DNA of 64,000 nt from positions 1-64,000 of the forward strand of contig CBDCTA010000004.1 in the NCBI GenBank assembly GCA_965221955.1. Reading direction: 5' to 3'. Source of the DNA: Gammaproteobacteria bacterium. Lineage in GTDB: Bacteria > Pseudomonadota > Gammaproteobacteria > UBA4575. Both the position numbers and the translations under genes were made by a program. The notes beneath the pieces are model-generated. The model worked only from the letters and a program-made list of their open reading frames with translations, searched no databases and was not told where the DNA came from. This document shows, in pieces, positions 48,427 to 59,036 of the stretch (within the stretch, counting starts at the first letter, position 1; every line of letters begins with the position of its first letter).

Positions 48427-48846
48427 GTGGAAAACCAAGACCTTAAACGAGCAGGGCTGAAAGTAACTTTGCCACGAATGAAAATATTAGAGATTCTTGA
48501 GAACTCTAATAAGAAACATATGAGTGCAGAGGATATTTATAAAGTATTGCTTGATGCAGGTGAAGAGATTGGTTTGGCAACCATTTATCGAGTGCTCACT
48601 CAGTTTGAGGGTGCAGGCCTCGTAATTCGCCACCATTTTGAAACCGGTCAGGCTGTTTTCGAGTTAGAAAGCGGTAAACATCATGATCATTTAATTTGCG
48701 TCAAGTGCGGTAAAATCGTCGAGTTCTTAGATGAAGCCATTGAAGCGAAGCAAAAAGAGATCGCTAAAAAAAATAACTTTCGTATATCTGATCATTCATT
48801 AATTATTTATGGCATTTGTGGTGACTCAAATTGCCAACAAAACTAG
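48427..48846 (+). CDS. fur: Ferric uptake regulator
   Basis: LKRAGLKVTLPR, HMSAEDIY, GLATIYRVL, HHDHLICVKCG. Confidence 0.96.
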   Translation: MENQDLKRAGLKVTLPRMKILEILENSNKKHMSAEDIYKVLLDAGEEIGLATIYRVLTQFEGAGLVIRHHFETGQAVFELESGKHHDHLICVKCGKIVEFLDEAIEAKQKEIAKKNNFRISDHSLIIYGICGDSNCQQN

Positions 48847-48870
48847 TTCGCATATCTTTAGAACAATTTA

Positions 48871-50241
48871 ATGCCGCAGCATAAATTTCCACCTGGGCCA
48901 GAAGGAGAAGGCAAGTTAGGTTGTTTGCCTGAAATGCGTGCGAATCCTATGGAATTTCTTGAGGAAGTTGCATCAAAGTATGGCGGTATCGCGCGTATCA
49001 ATATGGGCGCTTATCATTCCTATCTCGTATCAGATCCTAAGCTAATTAAAGAAGTACTAGTTGATAATTTTGAAAAGTACAAAAAAAATACACGCTACAA
49101 ACAAGTACGCATGGTTATTGGTGAGGGGTTATTACTGAGTGAAGGTGATGTATGGAAACATCAGCGTACTCATGCACAACCAAAATTCACGGCTAAATCG
49201 CTCGATCAACAAGTTGATTGGATTACTGATCTAGCAACAGACTTTCTCGATTCTTGGATTGTAAATGTAAATGAGGAAAAGCCAGTCGAACTGGAATACC
49301 AGTTTAATCTTCTTACGCAACTGTTAGCCGGTGTTTGGGTGATGGGGGAAGGTTTTAAGCCGCGTGCTCAAACTGTGTTTAATATATATAACCAGATTCG
49401 AATGAATTGGCCAGAAATGACAGATTTGCGTGCTTCTTTGCTTAAACCTAAAAACCTAAAAAAAGAGATTAATTTTAGAAAAGCCTTAAAAAGTCTAAAT
49501 AAAACAGTATATGAGCTGCTCGATGAGTATCCTGATGTCATCGAGGGTGATATGGGCTTCTTAAGGCATTTATTGCCAGATGAGGCATTAGGTAAGTCTG
49601 TCATTGCTAAGGCTATCAAAAAACAAAAGCGTAGTTTAAGAGACCAATTGCTTACTTTATTTGTAACTGCGTTTGAAACTACAGCGACATCGCTCTGTTG
49701 GACGATGTATGTGATTGATAAATATCCAGAAGTAAAGAAACGTATTTATGAGGAGGTGGATCAAGTCATCGGTATGCAAACACCGACTGCTGATACATTA
49801 AATAAGCTGGATTACACGGAAAAAGTAATTAAAGAATCATTGCGTCTTTATTCGTCAGTACACTCTTTCTCGCGAGTTGCGTTAGAAGACCATGACATAG
49901 GGGGGTATCGTGTACCTAAAGACATGACAGTAATTATCTCATCTTATGTTACGCATCGTTTACCTGAATATTGGGATGATCCTTACACCTTCGATCCCAG
50001 CCGCTTTGATAAAGAACGAACAGTTGGGCGATCGCGTTTTGCATATATTCCCTTTGCAGCTGGACATCGTAATTGCATCGGTTCTTATATGGCACTGATG
50101 CAAAGTAAACTTGTAGTTACATTAATCGCTCAACGTTATAACTTGAGTTTGTTTCCTGGGCATAAAGTCGAGAAACACGCTGCCACAACTATGCGGCCCA
50201 AGTATGGGATGAAAATGAACGTTGAACGCCTTGTGGCATAG
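48871..50241 (+). CDS. Cytochrome P450
   Basis: I-helix AFETTA, ESLR (ExxR), FDPSRF, heme motif PFAAGHRNCIG. Confidence 0.93.
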   Translation: MPQHKFPPGPEGEGKLGCLPEMRANPMEFLEEVASKYGGIARINMGAYHSYLVSDPKLIKEVLVDNFEKYKKNTRYKQVRMVIGEGLLLSEGDVWKHQRTHAQPKFTAKSLDQQVDWITDLATDFLDSWIVNVNEEKPVELEYQFNLLTQLLAGVWVMGEGFKPRAQTVFNIYNQIRMNWPEMTDLRASLLKPKNLKKEINFRKALKSLNKTVYELLDEYPDVIEGDMGFLRHLLPDEALGKSVIAKAIKKQKRSLRDQLLTLFVTAFETTATSLCWTMYVIDKYPEVKKRIYEEVDQVIGMQTPTADTLNKLDYTEKVIKESLRLYSSVHSFSRVALEDHDIGGYRVPKDMTVIISSYVTHRLPEYWDDPYTFDPSRFDKERTVGRSRFAYIPFAAGHRNCIGSYMALMQSKLVVTLIAQRYNLSLFPGHKVEKHAATTMRPKYGMKMNVERLVA

Positions 50242-50273
50242 CGCTAAATTAAAATAATTATTTGTTTTAGGTT

Positions 50274-50429
50274 TTAGTAGCCAGCTTTTCGGGCACGATC
50301 ATCAAGTCGATCTTTATCATCTTCTTGATTTAAGGTGGTATTTTTATTTGAATTCGAATCTTGCTTTTTTACGACTCCGCGTCCCGCGTTTACTCTATCT
50401 TTTGAATTTTCTTCTATCTGCTCTTCCAT
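50274..50429 (-). CDS. 51-aa charged small protein (not in the ORF track)
   Basis: MEEQIEENSKDRVNAGRGVVKKQDSNSNKNTTLNQEDDKDRLDDRARKAGY*. Confidence 0.4.
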   Translation of the reverse strand: MEEQIEENSKDRVNAGRGVVKKQDSNSNKNTTLNQEDDKDRLDDRARKAGY

Positions 50430-50694
50430 GATAATATACTTTGCAAATACAACAATTTAATTTCGATTAACCATAACGCTTTCTAATATTAGTTGACCGT
50501 GAACTAGATCATAAGACGTATTTTAAGTCCTTTAGGTTGGTTAATATATCGGGTGTTTTTGTGATATGCATCCCTAAGCGTGTAGGGAATTAGCCCTATA
50601 ATTTGTAGTTAAATAGTTCTGCAATAATTACTATATAAATTGTAATAAACATAAAGAGTTACGGAATATCACCTTTACTTAGGACAATACTAGG

Positions 50695-51984
50695 ATGTAT
50701 CTAAAACACTTTGGGCTTGAACGACAGCCATTTCAGCTGACACCGGATGCCGATTTTCTCTATTTGAGCAAGGCCCACAACCGTGCCAAGTCTTATATGG
50801 AATACACCGTATGGAATCGAGATGGATTTGTAGTGATTACAGGTGAAATTGGTTCGGGTAAGACTACTCTAATACAGCAACTGTTAAGAACAGTTGATGA
50901 AAATGTCCTAATTGCGCGCATTTATCAAACTCAACTAAATGAAATTGAATTTTTTCAGGCAATTTTGCATGAACTTGGCTTAGACCCATTCAAAGCTGGC
51001 AAAGTCGAGCTTATTAGTATGCTGAATGAATTTTTACTTGAGCAGTATGCTGAAGGAAGACAAGTAATATTAATTGTAGACGAGGCGCAAAATCTTAGTA
51101 AGCGGGTACTCGAAGAGCTTCGTATGTTAACAGGGATGGAGACTGACGAAGAAAGAATTTTAAATCTAATCTTGGTGGGGCAACCTGAACTTAAGAATTT
51201 ACTCGATGCCCCTGGAATGGAGCAATTATCACAACGAATTCGATTTAGATTTCATTTATCTGCACTTGATGAAGATGATATCCAAAATTATATTAACCAC
51301 AGGCTGGAAGTGGCGGGAATGCAGAAGAACAAGTCGTCTTCAATCCCTAAAGTTATAAAAGATGAATGTATACCCGTTATTTATCGATACACTGGCGGTA
51401 TTCCGCGTTTAATTAATTCACTATGCGATACAGCATTAATATGTGCGTTTGTTGAAAATAAGAAGACTGTTACAGCAAAAATTATAGAAGAAGCCGTTAA
51501 CGAGCTGCAGTGGGTGCCTTACCATGAGCGCGTGGGAATTAAGGCATTAAAAGGCAAACCAACAACTGCAGTTGAGTTTGATAGCCCAGCAAAATTGATT
51601 GACCTTATGCACGAAGATGACGTGCGTGAATACCCGTTAACTGAGGATACAACTACTATTGGTAGAATAGGTACTAATGATATTCGTTTATTAGATGAAA
51701 TGGTGAGTGGGCATCACGCAAAAATCATTCGTTTTCAAAACAACTACTTTATTGAAGATATCACTAGCACAAATGGTTCATTTGTAAATGGTAAGCGGAT
51801 TCGCAAATGTGTGCTAAAAGATGGCGATAAAATTGCTTTTGGTCCATACAAGATGATTTTCCATCTAGATGTTTCCGAGCTTACAAAAGATATTCCTACA
51901 CTTGATCAAGTTAATTCAAATGACACGATTGTTTCATCCGTTGAAGACACTGTGATTAGTGGCCCAGTTGTGGCAAATAGATAG
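50695..51984 (+). CDS. ExeA/GspA-like AAA ATPase with C-terminal FHA domain
   Basis: MYLKHFGL..QPF.LTPD, TGEIGSGKTT, IVDEAQNL, LVGQPEL, GIPRLIN; TIGR...VSGHHA...STNGSFVNG. Confidence 0.88.
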   Translation: MYLKHFGLERQPFQLTPDADFLYLSKAHNRAKSYMEYTVWNRDGFVVITGEIGSGKTTLIQQLLRTVDENVLIARIYQTQLNEIEFFQAILHELGLDPFKAGKVELISMLNEFLLEQYAEGRQVILIVDEAQNLSKRVLEELRMLTGMETDEERILNLILVGQPELKNLLDAPGMEQLSQRIRFRFHLSALDEDDIQNYINHRLEVAGMQKNKSSSIPKVIKDECIPVIYRYTGGIPRLINSLCDTALICAFVENKKTVTAKIIEEAVNELQWVPYHERVGIKALKGKPTTAVEFDSPAKLIDLMHEDDVREYPLTEDTTTIGRIGTNDIRLLDEMVSGHHAKIIRFQNNYFIEDITSTNGSFVNGKRIRKCVLKDGDKIAFGPYKMIFHLDVSELTKDIPTLDQVNSNDTIVSSVEDTVISGPVVANR

Positions 51985-51987
51985 TAT

Positions 51988-52761
51988 TTAAGTTCGTATT
52001 CCTATGCCTTTATTTAACAAATGAAGGCAAATCAAAAATAGTATAACGAAAAACCCAAGCATAACAATCATTGCGGATTGTAAGCTTATATCAGTTATAC
52101 CTAAGATTCCGCTTCTAAAGCTGTTCACCATATAAAGTATCGGATTAGCAAGTGATACGTTTTGCCAAAATTTTGGAAGCATTTCTATACTGAAAAAGAC
52201 ACCGCCTAGATAGGTTAGAGGTGTAAGCACGAAGGTTGGAATGATTGAAATATCGTCAAAACTATTAGCATAAATCCCATTTATTATTCCTGCTAATGAA
52301 AATAACGCTGCGGTGAGAATGGTTGTAACAATTACTAAGCCGATATTGTGAATTTGCAAATGAGTAAAAAATAGTGCAACAACAGTCACAGCAACGCCAA
52401 CTATAATTCCGCGAGCGATGCCACCAAGCATGAAGCCAAGAATAATGATGTAGTTCGGCATGGGAGATACCAACATTTCCTCAATATGGCGTTGAAATTT
52501 AGAGCTATAAAAAGACGATACAGAATTTGCATAAGAGTTCGTGATGATTCCCATCATAATTAAACCTGGTGCAATGAATTCTATATATGAGTAACCTTGA
52601 ATAGCATTGATTTGTGAGCCAATAAACTTTCCCATAATAATAAAGTATAGGCTCATAGTGATCGCAGGCGGAAGAATAGTTTGGATCCAAATTCTCATGA
52701 ATCGTCGTATTTCTTTAACTACGATAGTACGCAATGCAATAATTTGTTTAATTGGCGACAT
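51988..52761 (-). CDS. yadH: ABC-2 permease, YadH-like
   Basis: KEIRRFMRIWIQTILPPAIT, IPTFVLTPLTYLGGVF. Confidence 0.88.
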   Translation of the reverse strand: MSPIKQIIALRTIVVKEIRRFMRIWIQTILPPAITMSLYFIIMGKFIGSQINAIQGYSYIEFIAPGLIMMGIITNSYANSVSSFYSSKFQRHIEEMLVSPMPNYIIILGFMLGGIARGIIVGVAVTVVALFFTHLQIHNIGLVIVTTILTAALFSLAGIINGIYANSFDDISIIPTFVLTPLTYLGGVFFSIEMLPKFWQNVSLANPILYMVNSFRSGILGITDISLQSAMIVMLGFFVILFLICLHLLNKGIGIRT

Positions 52762-52766
52762 GCCGA

Positions 52767-53696
52767 TTACTGCCCTGATTTACTGGTTAACTTTAGAAAT
52801 AGCTCTTCTAAACGATTAGATTTATTTTTAATGCTTAAAATGGTAATACCTTGTTCATTTAGCGCGAAAAATAATTCATATAGTGATTGCTTATCAGACA
52901 TGGTAACTTCAAGTGTTTTATTATCAATGATGTGATGCTGATAATCATCTAACTTAAGTGGCTCGTGAATTGGGTGTTGCAAATACAAAATAAAACTTTC
53001 TTCACTTAGCTTTTCTAATAACTTACGCATTGTTGTATCAACTATGATCTTGCCATGATCGATGATAGCGATATTTTTGCAAAGACTTTCTGCTTCTTCT
53101 AAATAATGCGTAGTAAGAATAATCGTTTTGCCGTTTTCGTTAATTTCGGTTAATAATTTCCACATCGATCGGCGTATTTCAATATCAACTCCTGCTGTGG
53201 GTTCGTCTAGTATTAAAAGTTTAGGGTCATGCACTAAGGCACGCGCAATCATTAGTCTGCGTTTCATTCCTCCTGATAGTTCACGAGGAGTATGTTTGCG
53301 CTTTTCCCATAAATTTAATTTTTCTAAGCAATCTTCTGCAGCTTCCATTGCCATTTTCGAATCCATGCCATAGTAGCCTGCTTGGTTCTTTACAATCTCC
53401 ACTAATGGCTCAAAGCTATTAAAGTTAAATTCCTGTGGAACCAAGCCTATTTGACTTTTTGCTTTTGAAAAATCCGTGTCAATATCGTATCCCATGATAT
53501 GAACTTGGCCTGAGGTCTTGTTAATTAATGACGTTAGAATTCCAATTAACGTTGATTTACCCGCCCCATTAGGTCCCAATAGCGCGAAGAAATCACCCAT
53601 CTTCACATTGAGATCTATATTCTCCAAAGCAACCACCTTATTCTTATAAGTCTTGCTTAAGTTATGTATCGTTAAAGCATTCTCGCTCATATACAA
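52767..53696 (-). CDS. yadG: ABC ATP-binding protein, YadG-like
   Basis: GPNGAGKST, LVPQEFN, LSGGMKRRL, LTTHYLEEAE. Confidence 0.88.
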   Translation of the reverse strand: MYMSENALTIHNLSKTYKNKVVALENIDLNVKMGDFFALLGPNGAGKSTLIGILTSLINKTSGQVHIMGYDIDTDFSKAKSQIGLVPQEFNFNSFEPLVEIVKNQAGYYGMDSKMAMEAAEDCLEKLNLWEKRKHTPRELSGGMKRRLMIARALVHDPKLLILDEPTAGVDIEIRRSMWKLLTEINENGKTIILTTHYLEEAESLCKNIAIIDHGKIIVDTTMRKLLEKLSEESFILYLQHPIHEPLKLDDYQHHIIDNKTLEVTMSDKQSLYELFFALNEQGITILSIKNKSNRLEELFLKLTSKSGQ

Positions 53697-53750
53697 TTGA
53701 TATAATTTATTTTTGAACCCGTTATCAAATTGAGGAAGTGAATATCAAAT

Positions 53751-55127
53751 ATGGATGTAATGCAGTACTTTTATACCGATGAAGATACTAACAGTATTCC
53801 AATTAATGTCGTACATAAGTCTGAATTTAGTGCTTGGAAGAAAGCACAGTCACAAATATTACAAAATTGGTTAGAAACTACACAATTTAAGCCTAAACCA
53901 AGTGCAATATTATGTGTGCCTGGTGAACAAGGTAAATTAGATAGCGTTTTAGCTATCGCCAATAACGAAAATGCTACCTGGGCGTTAGGATCTTGCGCTA
54001 AAAGTCTTCCTTCTGGAAATTATCACCTTGCTACTCAACAAAAAACAGATCAACAAATCTACTTAGGTTGGGCTCTGGGTGCATATGAATTTAGCAATTA
54101 TAAAAAGTCAAAGAATAAAGAAATTAAGCTACAAATTAATGCTGAAATTGATCAAAACTATTTAAACGCTGCCTTAAAAGCTGTAACAATCGTTCGTGAT
54201 ATGGTGAATACTCCAGCAGCAGATATGATGCCGCAACATATTTCGCATGAATGTAAAAATATTGCAGAACAATTTAAGCAAGAAATATCTGAGTGCACTG
54301 GCGATGATTTGCTTACACAAAACTACCCTGTTATTCATGCAGTAGGGCGAGCAAGTGTCCATGCGCCACGTTTAATAGAAATTAATTGGGGTAATTCAAA
54401 ACATCCAAAAGTATGTTTAATAGGTAAAGGTGTCTCATTCGATAGCGGCGGCTTAGATATTAAATCTTCACAAGGTATGCGCTTGATGAAAAAAGACATG
54501 GGTGGCGCTGCTCATGTTATAGGAATTGCATATGCCGTCATGCAATTGAATTTACCTGTTCAATTACAAGTATTGGTGCCTGCTGTAGAAAACGCAATTT
54601 CAGGAGATGCTTTTCGACCTGGTGATGTGCTGACTTCAAGAAGTGGTAAAACCATTGAAATTGATAATACTGATGCAGAAGGGCGCCTTATTTTATGTGA
54701 TGCAATTAGTAAGGCTGTAGAAGATAAACCAGATTTAATAATCGATTTTGCGACTTTAACCGGTGCTGCAAGGATTGCACTTGGCACAGAAGTACCAGCA
54801 TTTTTCACGAATGATGATTCATTGGCAGCAGACTTATTGCATGCTTCTCAATCTATTAATGACCCCGTTTGGCAAATGCCTTTGCACGAATCATATCGAT
54901 ATATGCTGGATAGTACGATTGCAGATATTTGTAATTCTGCTTCTAGCGGTTATGGTGGCGCAATCACAGCAGCATTATTTCTAAAAGAATTTGTACCTGC
55001 AGAGACTAAATGGATTCATTTTGATGTGATGGCTTGGAATACAAGATCCAGAGCAGGGCGTCCTAAAGGTGGCGAAGGCATGGGCTTACGCACTGTAATT
55101 GAGTTTTTGCAACAACGTTATTCGTAA
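53751..55127 (+). CDS. M17 leucyl aminopeptidase family
   Basis: GKGVSFDSGG, MKKDMGGAA, NTDAEGRL, ATLTGA. Confidence 0.93.
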   Translation: MDVMQYFYTDEDTNSIPINVVHKSEFSAWKKAQSQILQNWLETTQFKPKPSAILCVPGEQGKLDSVLAIANNENATWALGSCAKSLPSGNYHLATQQKTDQQIYLGWALGAYEFSNYKKSKNKEIKLQINAEIDQNYLNAALKAVTIVRDMVNTPAADMMPQHISHECKNIAEQFKQEISECTGDDLLTQNYPVIHAVGRASVHAPRLIEINWGNSKHPKVCLIGKGVSFDSGGLDIKSSQGMRLMKKDMGGAAHVIGIAYAVMQLNLPVQLQVLVPAVENAISGDAFRPGDVLTSRSGKTIEIDNTDAEGRLILCDAISKAVEDKPDLIIDFATLTGAARIALGTEVPAFFTNDDSLAADLLHASQSINDPVWQMPLHESYRYMLDSTIADICNSASSGYGGAITAALFLKEFVPAETKWIHFDVMAWNTRSRAGRPKGGEGMGLRTVIEFLQQRYS

Positions 55128-55130
55128 TTC

Positions 55131-56129
55131 ATGACAATTGTGAATAAACATCGGTTTTGTGTTGCTCCTATGTTGCATTGCACAGATAGACATTATCGTT
55201 ATTTAGTACGATTGATGTCGAAGCACTGTTTTTTGTATACCGAAATGATCACTACGGGTGCATTAATCTATGGTGATCGAAATCGTTGGTTAAGTTTGTA
55301 TGATGAAGAGAATCCAGTAGCTTTACAGCTAGGAGGGAGTAATCCAAAAGAAATGGCTCAATGTGCAGAATTTGCTGAAAAATATAAATTTGATGAAGTA
55401 AATATTAATGTTGGTTGTCCTAGTGATCGAGTACAGGCAGGAAAATTCGGTGCTTGTTTAATGTTAGAACCAAAAATTGTTACTGACTGCATAAGAGCAA
55501 TGCAAAACGCATCTAATCTCGAAGTTACCGTAAAGACTCGTATTGGTGTAGACGATCAAGATAGCTATGATTTTTTATATCAATTTGTCGAAAGAATTGC
55601 TTTGGCTGGATGTAAAACGATTATTGTGCATGCACGTAAAGCGGTTCTATCTGGACTCACTCCAAGACAAAACAGAACCATCCCACCTTTACACTATGAA
55701 CATGTTTATCAACTTAAACAGGATTTTCCAGAATTAAACGTGATCATTAATGGTGGAATTAAAAATAAACTAGATATTTCTGAACATTTAAAGCAGGTTG
55801 ATGGAGTCATGATTGGGCGCGAGGCGTATGACGACCCATATTTCTTATCAGATATAGACGAGCTTATCTATGGTAATGAATCTAACTCAATTTCAAGATT
55901 TGAGGTCCTCGAAAAATATAAGATTTACATGCAATCTGAGTTGAATAAAGGAGTGCCTTTGAAAATACTTGCTCAACATATATTTGGGCTATTTAATGGA
56001 ATACCCGGTGCTAGGTCATGGAGACGATATTTAAGCGAACATATATATGCGAAAGAGGCTGGTTTAGAGGTTATTGATGAAGCATTAAAAACAGTTTCAG
56101 AATTTGAGCATATTGCGGTGGCTAGTTAA
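55131..56129 (+). CDS. dusA: tRNA dihydrouridine synthase DusA
   Basis: VAPML..TDRH.R, QLGGS, NVGCPSDRVQ.G.FGACLM, VHARKA.LSGL. Confidence 0.93.
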   Translation: MTIVNKHRFCVAPMLHCTDRHYRYLVRLMSKHCFLYTEMITTGALIYGDRNRWLSLYDEENPVALQLGGSNPKEMAQCAEFAEKYKFDEVNINVGCPSDRVQAGKFGACLMLEPKIVTDCIRAMQNASNLEVTVKTRIGVDDQDSYDFLYQFVERIALAGCKTIIVHARKAVLSGLTPRQNRTIPPLHYEHVYQLKQDFPELNVIINGGIKNKLDISEHLKQVDGVMIGREAYDDPYFLSDIDELIYGNESNSISRFEVLEKYKIYMQSELNKGVPLKILAQHIFGLFNGIPGARSWRRYLSEHIYAKEAGLEVIDEALKTVSEFEHIAVAS

Positions 56130-56751
56130 ATAAATATTGATATTTTTCATGCGTAGAAAAATATCGGTAATCTTCAAGTGTATCTAAATCACGCACTCTT
56201 GAAAGGGTGGCATATTTCCACCCAAGATTAGTAATTTTCTGTTGGGTGTATTGAAAAACTTGGTCTGTGCTCCATGTAATATTTTCAAAAATAGATTCGT
56301 CAACTTTACTAAGACCTATAAGCGCATATCCGCCGTCTTCGGTAGGCCCTAATACAATATCATTTCCTGTGTTCAATCTATTAAATGCTTCTTTAATATA
56401 ACTCGAATTAATTTCTAAGCAATCTGTACCAATTAATACAACATTCTTATTTTCATTTAAATGATGATTAATGGCTTGGTACATTTTATTTCCTAAATCG
56501 CCATTGGATTGGGCCCTTAATTCAAAATTAAATTTAGTTCCATATTGTCTTAAAACTGAATGGTTTGTATTTGGATAACAGTATAGATAGGTTTTTATTT
56601 TCGTGAGATGTACATTGGATAGGGTCTTATCAAGTAAGATACGATATATCTTTGCGGCATTTTTATCACCAAGATCTTGAGCCAATCTTGATTTAACAAG
56701 TCCCGCATCGGGCTGTTTACAAAAACATAAAATAATATTTTCGGTTTTCAA
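56122..56751 (-). CDS. DUF2064/TIGR04282-like nucleotidyltransferase-fold protein
   Basis: K.P.AG.VKSRLA, Q..GDLG.KM, IGTDC, VLGPTEDGGY.LIG, W.T..V, DLDT.ED. Confidence 0.85.
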   Translation of the reverse strand: MKTENIILCFCKQPDAGLVKSRLAQDLGDKNAAKIYRILLDKTLSNVHLTKIKTYLYCYPNTNHSVLRQYGTKFNFELRAQSNGDLGNKMYQAINHHLNENKNVVLIGTDCLEINSSYIKEAFNRLNTGNDIVLGPTEDGGYALIGLSKVDESIFENITWSTDQVFQYTQQKITNLGWKYATLSRVRDLDTLEDYRYFSTHEKYQYLFN

Positions 56752-56763
56752 TTTATTGGATGA

Positions 56764-57447
56764 TTATTTTGAATAGTAGCGTTTTGCTAATTTTTCTGCT
56801 GGAACACCAACATAAAAAAGCAAACGTAAGTACCACATTAGTAAAATTGTTTTTAAAACGCCTTGTTGTTCCCATTTGCGACTTGATGTTATTACTTTTT
56901 CAGATAAGCAGACAGGTCGAGAATATTTTCTCAGTTTTTTGCTTAGCTCGATGTCTTCCATAATAGGAATATCAGAAAACCCGCCACTATTGAAATAAAT
57001 TTCGCGTTTCATGAAAAAAGTATGGTCTCCAGTAACAATTCCAGTCAGGCAACTACGTTTGTTCATGAACCATGCAATAACTTTAAAAACGAGCTTTTGA
57101 TTTGTAAATACGACATTAAATCGACCCCAATAGTTATTAGCCTTTTCCATGACGTTACGAATATTACCTAGGCCGGATGGAGGTAACAATGTATCTGCAT
57201 GCATAAATACTAATATTTGGTTGCTACTTTTTTTCGCACCGATATGTAGTTGGTGTCCGCGTGAAGGATTTGTTGAAATACAAATACAACCAATTTGTTC
57301 TGCAATAACAACTGACTGATCAGTGCTGCCTCCATCAACAACAATAACCTCATGTCCTTGTTCTAAGAGTGATGTAAAGATCTTAGTCTGCTCTACAAAA
57401 AACGATTCCTCGTTTAAAACAGGAATAATGAAGGAAAACTTTTGCAT
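56764..57447 (-). CDS. GT2 glycosyltransferase, TIGR04283-like
   Basis: IIPVLNE, VVDGGSTD, FMHADT, TGD..FF, PIMEDIE, TSSRKW. Confidence 0.85.
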   Translation of the reverse strand: MQKFSFIIPVLNEESFFVEQTKIFTSLLEQGHEVIVVDGGSTDQSVVIAEQIGCICISTNPSRGHQLHIGAKKSSNQILVFMHADTLLPPSGLGNIRNVMEKANNYWGRFNVVFTNQKLVFKVIAWFMNKRSCLTGIVTGDHTFFMKREIYFNSGGFSDIPIMEDIELSKKLRKYSRPVCLSEKVITSSRKWEQQGVLKTILLMWYLRLLFYVGVPAEKLAKRYYSK

Positions 57448-57611
57448 TAAAAGATTATTTGTACAGTGCGAACGTGTAAATTATTGTAATTTTACATGTT
57501 AAATACTTGATTAGTATGAAAATATTGAATGCAGAAAATACTATATTATTGTTATAATGGCTTGCATAAGCGAATCATTTCAATATCAACAACAAGGGTT
57601 CTGCTTACAAA

Positions 57612-58931
57612 ATGGAGGAGTACATGAAGCTCAAAACTTGCTTATTACCTAAACTGCAATATCCACTTTTCACAATCCTGTTTTTCTTAATTTCTCCTAC
57701 TGTATTTGCTGCCGGTTTTCAGATAAGCGAGCAAAGTGGTACGGGGCTAGGGCGTGCTTTTGCAGGTTTTGGAGTAATTGGTGATGATCTCTCAATGGCG
57801 TTTTACAATCCTGCTGGATTAACACAACAAGAAGGCATGCAACTTCAAGCAACAGGATTCTTAATCGATGGAAGTTCTAGATTTTCTAATAGTGGGTCTA
57901 CATTTACACAAATTCCTGGTGGAACTGCTCTAAGTACAGGCAGCAATGAAGATGGTGGAACATTTGCGATAGTTCCAAATTTGTACTTCATCATGGATTT
58001 AACAGACCGTTTGAAATATGGTTTTGCGATTACTGCGCCATTTGGATTAAGAACAGACTATGATCGTGATTGGGTAGGGAGGTATCAAGCAAAAGAATCT
58101 GAACTAAAAGTTGTAAATATAAATCCTTCGCTAGCATATAAAATCAATGATTCTTTTTCAGTTGGTTTCGGCGTTAGTGCTGAGTATGCAGAGGCTACAC
58201 TTAGCCAAGCGGTATTTACAGTGCTTGGAGATGGTTTTGCGGAAGTAGAAGGTGATGATTGGGCTTATGGTTGGAATACAGGCTTCATGTATCATCCAAG
58301 CCCAACGTTTCGTGCAGCAGTAGGCTTTCGCTCAAAAATTAGTCATGAACTAAAAGGCGACTTAGATATTTCTGGTTTGGTTGGACCGTTTGCGGTGGGG
58401 AACGGTAGGACTAGTGCTAGTGCAAGAGCAACCTTACCAGAAACTGTACATGCTGGTATCTATAAAGAATTTAGTAAGTGGGGGTTATCACTTGGTTTTC
58501 GGTGGACACGATGGAATCGTTTCAAAGAATTAAGAATTAAAAGTACTGGTAACGCTGATGCTGTGACTGAACAGCGCTGGGATAATGTAATTTCTGCAAA
58601 TATTGGAGTTGATTATTTCTATTCTGATAAATTGACTTTGCGAGCCGGTTACATGTTTGATGAATCTCCTACCAGTGACGAATTTAGAACGCCAAGAATT
58701 CCTGACGAAGACAGAAATTGGTTCGCGGTAGGTGCAAGTTATAAATACAATAATCATTTACAACTTGATGCAGGATTCACGCATATTATTGTTGATGACG
58801 CAGATATAGATAAAACAGAAATAGTAGCAGGTCCACCAACTTCACCGGTAGTTGCTATAGATTCACTGGTAGGTGAATATGATGATTCAGATGTAAATAT
58901 TCTTAGTTTGCAGGCTGTTTATAAGTTTTAA
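57612..58931 (+). CDS. FadL/OmpP1 outer-membrane hydrophobic-substrate transporter
   Basis: AGFQISEQS..GLGRAFAG, YNPAG, APFGL.T.Y, NINPS, PD.DR.W, C-terminal YKF. Confidence 0.9.
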   Translation: MEEYMKLKTCLLPKLQYPLFTILFFLISPTVFAAGFQISEQSGTGLGRAFAGFGVIGDDLSMAFYNPAGLTQQEGMQLQATGFLIDGSSRFSNSGSTFTQIPGGTALSTGSNEDGGTFAIVPNLYFIMDLTDRLKYGFAITAPFGLRTDYDRDWVGRYQAKESELKVVNINPSLAYKINDSFSVGFGVSAEYAEATLSQAVFTVLGDGFAEVEGDDWAYGWNTGFMYHPSPTFRAAVGFRSKISHELKGDLDISGLVGPFAVGNGRTSASARATLPETVHAGIYKEFSKWGLSLGFRWTRWNRFKELRIKSTGNADAVTEQRWDNVISANIGVDYFYSDKLTLRAGYMFDESPTSDEFRTPRIPDEDRNWFAVGASYKYNNHLQLDAGFTHIIVDDADIDKTEIVAGPPTSPVVAIDSLVGEYDDSDVNILSLQAVYKF

Positions 58932-58962
58932 GCAAGCAAGATTAATCCTTCCGTTCTTCAAT

Positions 58963-58998
58963 ACACTCAGTAGCAACATATTGGTAGTTACTGAGTGT
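58963..58998. terminator. Hairpin between convergent fadL and a hypothetical gene
   Basis: acactcagtagc...gttactgagtgt. Confidence 0.55.
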
Positions 58999-59036
58999 TT
59001 TAGTTTCAAGAAGCGAAATTTTCTTTCGACTAAGTA

